Position numbers and translations under genes: made by a program. DNA of 64,000 bases from Felis catus (Eukaryota): positions 204,910,001 to 204,974,000 of the forward strand of contig NC_058371.1 of NCBI RefSeq assembly GCF_018350175.1, read 5' to 3'. Position 1 is the stretch's first letter; each line of letters opens with the position of its first letter. The notes under the pieces are model-generated. The model did no database searches, was not told the DNA's origin, and saw only the letters and a program-made list of their open reading frames with translations. Of the stretch, positions 57,701 to 64,000 are shown one piece after another.

Positions 57701-59949
57701 TGCTGAACCCTCACCAGGTCTTTGAGCTGACCAATGGGGGGCCTCTTCCTGGGTGAGTCTAGTGGTCCCCCGCTGCGCTGCTCAGTCTGGCAAGCTCCGG
57801 GAGGGGTGCCTGCACACACCCGTTGAGAGGCCAAAGGGAACAGGTTGGGGTTCCGTGTCAGAACCCTCCAGGCCATCGTGTGTGGGGGATGAACTGCAGC
57901 CTCCTTCTGCCCCAGGGTCTCCACTTCCTGCTCCCACCAGCTGTGCACCTGCATAGGAATGGCTGCAAGAGCACCTCTTGTTTCCCTGTTGCCAGGTTCC
58001 ACGTGTTCTCCCAGGTGCCCTGCTTCCGGGTGCTGGTATGCGGTGGGGATGGCACTGTGGGTTGGGTGCTCGCTGCCCTGGAGGAGACGCGGCGCCATCT
58101 GGCCTGCCCAGAGCCTTCTGTGGCCATCCTGCCCCTGGGCACAGGTGGGCTCGGCTAGCACATCCCATGCTTCAGTCAAGGCCTGGGGGTGGTGGTGGGT
58201 AGGTGGGTGTGGAGAGTCAGTCTTCTCTTGCCTGTGTCCCAGGGAATGACCTTGGCCGGGTCCTCCGCTGGGGAGCGGGCTACAGTGGGGAGGACCCGTT
58301 CTCCGTGTTGGTGTCGGTGGACGAAGCTGACGCCGTGCTTATGGACCGCTGGACCATCCTGCTGGATGCTCAGGAGGCTGGAGGTGCAGAGAACAGCATG
58401 GCAGATGTGGAGCCTCCCAAGGTATCCGTGTGCCCTGGCGAGAGTGTGGCATCCGTTGGGCCCCCTGCAGGCTGGGGGGTTCATGCCCGTCCCTGCCACC
58501 ACCTGGGGTAGGTGCGAGTGCCATCCTGGTTACTGGGAAAGCTGAGGCCCTGTCAGAGCAGTGACTTGTTGGGGACATCCCAGGCCAGCTGTGATCCTCG
58601 TGGGCACCACATGCCATGCCTACCTCCTCCTAGGTGCTGGTGGTCACCGGGCAGGGCAGTCACTGGACAGAAGCAGCCCTAACAACAGGGACAGAGTTGG
58701 GTTGGAGACGAGGAGGCTGGACCCAGCTGGGGGAAGGTGGAGAGCAGCCAGTGGGGGCTGACCAGGGCCACGCGAGACTGTCTTGTCCCCAGATTGTGCA
58801 GATGAGTAACTACTGCGGCATTGGCATCGACGCAGAGCTAAGCCTGGACTTCCACCACGCACGGGAAGAGGAGCCTGGCAAGTTCACCAGCAGGTGCTGG
58901 AGGGGCAAGGAGGGGGGCCGGGACTGCTCTGGGCCGCCCCCGGCGACGGCACCCTTCCTGGGGTTGGCCAGCGGGAACTGGCGGGTAGGGGCTGGAACCT
59001 GGGGGCCGTTTTGGGCAGGGCGAGGGCGCTGCCTTGACAGGTGCGCACCCCCGCAGGCTCCACAACAAGGGCGTGTACGTGCGGGTCGGGCTGCAGAAGA
59101 TCAGCCACTCACGCGGCTTGCACAGGGAGATTCGGCTCCAGGTGGAGCAGCGGGAGGTGGAGCTGCCCAGCATCGAGGGTCTCATCTTCATCAACATCCC
59201 CAGGTGCCAGTGGCTGGGGCTCTGGCCGCAGGTGGGGCTCCAGGCCCTCGCGCGGCCCCGCCCCTCTTACCTGTGCGCCCTTCCCTCGGTGCAGCTGGGG
59301 CTCGGGGGCCGATCTGTGGGGCTCCGACAGCGACTCGAGGTTCGAGAAGCCGCGCATGGATGACGGGCTGCTGGAGGTGGTGGGGGTGACAGGCGTCATG
59401 CACATGGTGAGTGCGGGCAGGCCGGGTGGGCCCCGGTGTGGCCCCTCGGGCCGCTGAGCCCAGCCGGCCCTCTCCTCTCCCAGGGCCAGGTCCAGGGCGG
59501 GCTGCGCTCGGGCATCCGCATCGCCCAGGGCTCCTACTTCCGGGTGACTCTCCTGAAGGCCACGCCCGTGCAGGTAGACGGCGAGCCCTGGATCCAGGCT
59601 CCGGGGCACATGATCATCTCAGCTGCGGGGCCGAAGGTAGGGACCGGGGTGGGCTGGGCGGGGCCTGAGCAGGCGGGGCAGCGGGTGTGGTGCTGGCAGG
59701 CCGGTGGCCAACCGAGTGCCTGCTGCAGCAGCCAGTTGTCTGTACGCTGAGGCCCCCTGGGCTCAACAGACCGAAGCTACCGGGAAGCGGGCTGAGATAG
59801 CGCCTGCAGTATCACCCAGCCCTTTGTCCTGACTGGTCCTGGGACAGGTCCACATGCTCAGGAAGACCAAGCAGAAACCCAGGAAGGCTGGGACCCCCAA
59901 GGATGCCCGAGCAGATGGGGTGCCTGTCCCCGAAGGGGACCCCAAGTAG
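48333..59949 (+). CDS. DGKQ: Diacylglycerol kinase theta, full gene span; 22 coding exons traced, 2847 nt, 948 aa
   Basis: Three C1 domains, RA domain, catalytic motifs [23 protein letters not shown] and LPLGTGNDL; all exon phases join. Confidence 0.97.
51083..51162 (+). CDS. DGKQ: DGKQ exon 2
   Basis: [26 protein letters not shown]; 80 nt. Confidence 0.94.
51878..51977 (+). CDS. DGKQ: DGKQ exon 3
   Basis: [33 protein letters not shown]; 100 nt. Confidence 0.94.
52387..52472 (+). CDS. DGKQ: DGKQ exon 4
   Basis: [28 protein letters not shown]; 86 nt. Confidence 0.94.
52564..52689 (+). CDS. DGKQ: DGKQ exon 5
   Basis: [42 protein letters not shown]; 126 nt. Confidence 0.94.
52908..53133 (+). 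CDS. DGKQ: DGKQ exon 6 (apparently fused equivalent of two exons)
   Basis: [13 protein letters not shown]...[22 protein letters not shown]...PPES, contiguous; donor A/GTAAGT; internal donor-like CAG/GTGAGG after 53061. Confidence 0.88.
53276..53376 (+). CDS. DGKQ: DGKQ exon 7
   Basis: [33 protein letters not shown]; 101 nt. Confidence 0.93.
53500..53738 (+). CDS. DGKQ: DGKQ exon 8
   Basis: [19 protein letters not shown]...[19 protein letters not shown]; 239 nt. Confidence 0.93.
53831..53921 (+). CDS. DGKQ: DGKQ exon 9
   Basis: [30 protein letters not shown]; 91 nt. Confidence 0.93.
54016..54070 (+). CDS. DGKQ: DGKQ exon 10
   Basis: [18 protein letters not shown]; 55 nt. Confidence 0.92.
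54190..54251 (+). CDS. DGKQ: DGKQ exon 11
   Basis: [20 protein letters not shown]; 62 nt. Confidence 0.92.
54652..54802 (+). CDS. DGKQ: DGKQ exon 12
   Basis: [35 protein letters not shown]...ATK; 151 nt. Confidence 0.93.
55214..55252 (+). CDS. DGKQ: DGKQ exon 13
   Basis: [12 protein letters not shown]; 39 nt; AG/GTGAG ends. Confidence 0.9.
55876..55991 (+). CDS. DGKQ: DGKQ exon 14
   Basis: [38 protein letters not shown]; 116 nt. Confidence 0.93.
56838..57052. repeat. Degenerate ~30-bp minisatellite in DGKQ intron 14
   Basis: About 7 copies of ccccattgtggggaccctagccccc(t)catcct-like unit. Confidence 0.8.
57601..57752 (+). CDS. DGKQ: DGKQ exon 15
   Basis: [50 protein letters not shown]; 152 nt. 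Confidence 0.95.
57996..58144 (+). CDS. DGKQ: DGKQ exon 16
   Basis: [25 protein letters not shown]...VAILPLGT; 149 nt. Confidence 0.95.
58243..58421 (+). CDS. DGKQ: DGKQ exon 17
   Basis: [20 protein letters not shown]...MDRWTILLD...EPPK; 179 nt. Confidence 0.95.
58793..58893 (+). CDS. DGKQ: DGKQ exon 18
   Basis: [33 protein letters not shown]; 101 nt. Confidence 0.95.
59057..59203 (+). CDS. DGKQ: DGKQ exon 19
   Basis: [19 protein letters not shown]...[13 protein letters not shown]; 147 nt. Confidence 0.95.
59295..59406 (+). CDS. DGKQ: DGKQ exon 20
   Basis: [37 protein letters not shown]; 112 nt. Confidence 0.95.
59484..59636 (+). CDS. DGKQ: DGKQ exon 21
   Basis: [51 protein letters not shown]; 153 nt. 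Confidence 0.95.
59848..59949 (+). CDS. DGKQ: DGKQ exon 22 (to TAG)
   Basis: [33 protein letters not shown]. Confidence 0.93.
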   Translation, partial: VHMLRKTKQKPRKAGTPKDARADGVPVPEGDPK

Positions 59950-61225
59950 CAGAGAGCCCTGGAACGGTCTGTGTATCCAGCAGCAGCGAGCCAACCAGCC
60001 ACGGATGGACTTGCCCATAGCTCTGACTGTGGGGTGTCTCCCCCTCATCCCTGTGACACGTGGAAGCTGCTGGGTGGGTGGCAGGTGTTTCCTCCCCTGG
60101 CCTCTGGTCCAGTGACAGGGTGGGTGCGGGGCTTTGGCTGGCCAACGCTCTCGCCTCTTGGGGTCCAGGCCACCATCACCACCCTGGGTAGCACAGGCAC
60201 TTCTCCCTTTGCATTCACTGCCGCCGCCCCCCCCCCCCCCCCCGCCCCAAGCCTGTTGAGGTGGGCAGCACTGAATCTCAAGCCATCTCCCTGGATGCTC
60301 CTATAGGACAGCCAGCTCTGTGGGCCCTGGGTGCACCCGGTACAGACCTGGGATGCCCTGGCCACCGAGGGCTGGGCAGGGGCCCCTGCTATGTCTTGGG
60401 GAAGGTGCCTTGTCTCCTGGCCCCATCACTGTATGAGCTGCTTGGGCTGCACCTCCAGAGAGGGCCCTGAGACCAGATGGGCTTGGCCAACAGCCTGAAG
60501 ATGGTGGTGTGGTGCCCAGGAAGCAGCAGAGCAGGGGAGCTGGGCCCTCACAGGGGTGGGGCAGAACGTGCCTGCAAGGGACCGGAAACACATCCAGGCA
60601 GGCCTGGGCCGGGAGACCCAGAGGAAGTTTACAAAGCATGAAGTGGGAAGAGCCAGCTTTAATCACCTGTTTGTCAACAATCAGTCCCAGTATCTGTTCA
60701 GCTGACCGGGCTCGTGGGTCCCCTTGCTGCTGCTCGCGGCGGCAGAGACGTGGCAGGAGGGGCGTGGGGCAGGCCTGCTGGGCAGACCACTGCGGCGTTC
60801 TTCCACCAAGCAGAGTTCAGACGGCCCGTGGAGTCCAGCCTCTGGCCCCAGGAGGAGTGTCTCCTGAGTCCTCCAGAAAGGTCCATGAACCCCCTCTATC
60901 CCTCTTGTCCTGGCTCGGCCCTGCCAGCCACGTCCCCCAAGCTTCTGCCAAAACTGCACAAATGCACTGTAGTGGCCGTTTGTAGCAGAACATTCGTGTC
61001 ATGTGCCTCCAGCACACAGCCGTGTGTTGTGTCCCTGTTGGTGTAATTATTTTGCTTTGCAGGCCTTGGTGTTGGTTTTGGTCTGTGGTTGTATGTGGTG
61101 GTCAGGGTGAGTCTGTCCTTCTGTATTTAAGTGCGTCTGTGTGCCCAAATGGGGCAGTGTGGGCCTGGCACCAAGGGCCTGTGTGTACCTGTCACTACCT
61201 GAATGTAATCATAATTTATACCCAG

Positions 61226-61231
61226 GATAAA
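61226..61231 (+). terminator. DGKQ: Candidate DGKQ polyadenylation signal (variant GATAAA)
   Basis: Upstream TGTA elements at 61122, 61184 and 61204; downstream GT-rich tract; a canonical AATAAA also occurs at 61545-61550. Confidence 0.45.
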
Positions 61232-61598
61232 TACAGTCTGGGCGTTGCTGACCTGCTCTTGTGTTCTGTGCCTAGTGACCAGGGTGGGTTGCCCAGCAGC
61301 TGCCAGGGAGCTCTGCTTGCAGGAGGGTGGCCAAGGTGGGGACCCACGCCCCCCCCAGGGCTGAGGCTGTGGTCCCCCAGCTGCCCCTGGAGCCACCCGA
61401 CTACCAGCGTCCGTGTGGGTCGGCTTGACGGAGAACGCGGGCCTAGGACCGAAACGGGCACAGGTGCGCACAATACGGAGCGAACTTGCTGCCAGACTCT
61501 GCAAAGTGGAAAACCTCCCGAGGGCGCCAGAAGAGAACGATGAAAATAAAGCCCCAGTGGGCCAGCTGCAGGCTGGGGCAGGGAGAATGTGGAACTTA

Positions 61599-62253
61599 CT
61601 AGGGCGACGGGAGGAGCGGGGACCGCACGTCGTCCTGGCCCCCTGGTGCCGGCAGGGGGAGGCCCCGCAGGGCCCGCAGCAGGGCCAGGGCCAGGCGCAC
61701 GAGGAGACGCAGCAGCAGGAAGCTGAAAGGCACGGCGATCTGTGTGAGGTGGAAGATGGCTGTGCTGAACCTGCTGAGGAAGCAGGTGGAGGCGAAGGCC
61801 AGCAGGCTGGCACAGGGGTACAGCGCGAGCTTGGCGAACATGAACGCGTGCTCCCGGCCCCCGAACCGTGCCGAGGGCTGCAGCGTCTCCTCCTCGTGCA
61901 GCAAGGCCGTGGTCCAGATGGCAAACTGGAAGATGCTGGCGAAGAAGATGATGGCGCAGCTGACGCGCACGCTCTCGAGCTCGTCGTGGGGCTGCCGGGC
62001 GAAGGCCGAGGTCTGCTGGTAGGCCAGCGGGAGGCCGCCCACAAAGGCCAGCGACAGTGTGTTGAGCAGCCCCATGGACTGCGTGGCTTTGCGGATGTGC
62101 AGGAAGAGCGAGTGGTGGGCAAACCAGAGCAGGCCCACCGTGGCGAAGGAGCCAAAATACGCCAGGAAATGTGGCCCGTACACGCTCAGTGCCGCCACCA
62201 GGCTGCCGTGGAACTTCTCCTTCACGTCCTTGGAGTCCGGGATGTTGTCCTCG
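61599..62253 (-). CDS. TMEM175: TMEM175 (lysosomal K+/H+ channel) last coding exon
   Basis: EDNIPDSKDVKEKFHGSLVAAL...YFGSFATVGLLWFAHHSLFLHI...FMFAKLALYPCASLL...LLPSP*. Confidence 0.95.
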
Positions 62254-62344
62254 CTGAGGATGGTCAACACACAGCATTCATAACAGCCTCAACGCAGGGC
62301 GTCAGGTCCGGGCTACAGCCCCCACCCCATCCCGAGCCCCGTCG

Positions 62345-62500
62345 GGCGGGCTACACCTAGCTCCCAGGCACACTTGAATTTCACATAAAGGGCACAGACA
62401 GCTTTTGTTGTATCCTACATGCACACTTAGTATACTAAGCAATTACACGTTCATCTGAAGTTCAAATTTAACTCCAGCCTGCACTTTGCTGACAGCCCCG
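62345..62500. mobile_element. MER53-like palindromic hAT MITE
   Basis: Inverted arms ttgaatttcacataaa (62374-62389) and ttcatctgaagttcaa (62450-62465). Confidence 0.6.
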
Positions 62501-63759
62501 GGCTGGTGAGCAGCCCTGGTCCCAAGCCTACAGCCCCCCTGGCATCCACAGGTGGGTGCTCGTGAGGTCTGTCCATTCTCCTGTGGCCGTCCAATCAACT
62601 CGGGCAGCAGTGCCGCAGATCTGGGCGGAGGGGGCAGTTAGCCTCTATGGCTCTCAGATCTGGGCTGCACTTTATTGTAAGGAGTAACTGTAAGGCACGT
62701 CTCAGGATTCTCCCTTCCATGGATGTCCCCAATCGCACAGCCCAGAGAACCTGCCGCCCTCACAGTGGGAAGCTACAAGTGTGTTTGGGGGTTTGGAGGG
62801 AGCTGCAAGGATCTGCAGGTAGGGGCAAGAGACAGAGCCAGGGGTACTGCCCCAGGTCCTTGGGACGGTGGCTTTGAGTGGAGGAAGGAACGCAGCCCCC
62901 TGGGCCCCCAGCCTCAGCCGGCCCGTGCCGCCACTCAGCAAGGGAACTGGGGCTAGCATGGCCCTGGCCACAGGGCAGGAGCAAAGCCACATCATTCTGG
63001 AACCTGAGGTCTAGGCCTCGGAGATTGATTACCAGTGAACACTTGCTCCCAATTTCTAAAAAATTCACAAGTTACAGTAGGAAAAAGCTATCAAGAGAAG
63101 ATGAGGAAAATGAAGAGTTTACCAGATACAAAATGTAAAATCACAGTGTTGTAACACGTCCAACAAAATAAGGATGTATTGAAATAAGGCCAAAGAAACG
63201 AAAGGGTCTAAAAGAGAATGAAAAATTTCCGGGGGGGAGGGGGGGGGAGCAGACAAAACACAAAAATGCAGGAACGAAAATTCGAACTTTGACAGAATGA
63301 AGAGGCAGATCAGGTGGAGCACAGTGAAGGGAAAAATGAGAACAGAGGGTGCGGGAGGAGGAGCCCCGGGGGTGGGCACAGGGGACAGGGGTGGGGGAAG
63401 GACTGGCATGGGGGATGGGGGATGGGGGATGGCAGGGGAAGGGGCAGTTGGCCTGGGGGTGGAGCCAAAGGGGGAGGAGAGAATGCAGGTGGGGGAAGCC
63501 CGCCTGCCCCCAATCTGCCCAGCTTGGGGAAGGGAGAAGTGACCTGAGGAGTCCTGCGTGTGGCCCTGGTGCTCCCTGCCTCCACCCGTGCTCCCCCATG
63601 GAGACCCTGAATTCTGGAGGGGGCTCCGGCCAGGGTGGGACTCGTTCCACAGGGAGGGTGGCAGCGGGAGGCCGCAGCACCCGCCTGCGTAGGGCTGGAT
63701 GAAGAGAGACCCTCTAGACAGGCATGCCACGGACCCCTTCCTCAGGCCTGGGTCCTTAC

Positions 63760-63895
63760 CAGATGTCCAGGATGAGGAGTGTGGCCACGATGGCATAGAC
63801 CCCGTCGCTGAAGGCCTCCACCCGCTCCTTGCTGAGAGGCTCATGCAGGTCAAATGTGAAGAACTCCACACTGTGAGCTGGGGGCTCTTGGGGGC
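63760..63895 (-). CDS. TMEM175: TMEM175 penultimate coding exon
   Basis: PQEPPAHSVEFFTFDLHEPLSKERVEAFSDGVYAIVATLLILDI, with the RxxxFSD channel motif; 136 nt; donor TG/GTAAG. Confidence 0.95.
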
Positions 63896-64000
63896 CTGTG
63901 GATGTGCCAGGAGGGAGGAGCTGGCCAGGGGAGGGGACTCTGCAGGGACGCCTGGCCGTCACGGGCGCCTGGGCCCTTCCCATGCTCCACAGGCCTTGGG

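Noticed and set aside
61839-61841. TMEM175 residue corresponding to the human M393T risk variant
   Set aside because: Met is retained (FMFAKL); nothing unusual
61127-62360. 315-353-aa ORFs overlapping TMEM175
   Set aside because: Alternative-frame and antisense shadows of the real exon

Overview
GC-rich mammalian genomic DNA from a felid (abundant cat-type CanSINE/SINEC_Fc elements), orthologous to human 4p16.3 in reversed orientation. Gene order: FGFRL1 (minus strand; promoter CpG island and first coding exon only), IDUA (minus; all 14 exons traced, 643 aa, catalytic Glu motifs intact), SLC26A1 (plus; nested antisense in IDUA intron 2, 706 aa), DGKQ (plus; 22 coding exons traced, 948 aa) and TMEM175 (minus; last two coding exons). 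Intergenic DNA holds an old near-full-length L1 interrupted by a younger L1 and many SINEs, a degenerate ERVL-type provirus, MaLR LTRs and DNA-transposon fossils, plus one 149-N gap. I find no new multi-gene system. The most notable observations are: (i) an apparent precise intron loss in DGKQ that leaves an in-frame internal 5' splice site; (ii) ancient repeats with strongly AT-to-GC shifted sequence that now resemble CpG islands; (iii) repeated reuse of the same retrotransposon target sites; (iv) an orphan CpG island and motif clusters upstream of SLC26A1. Almost all ORF-track entries are GC-rich noise. Gene and repeat identities come from recalled orthologue and consensus sequences, not from database searches.
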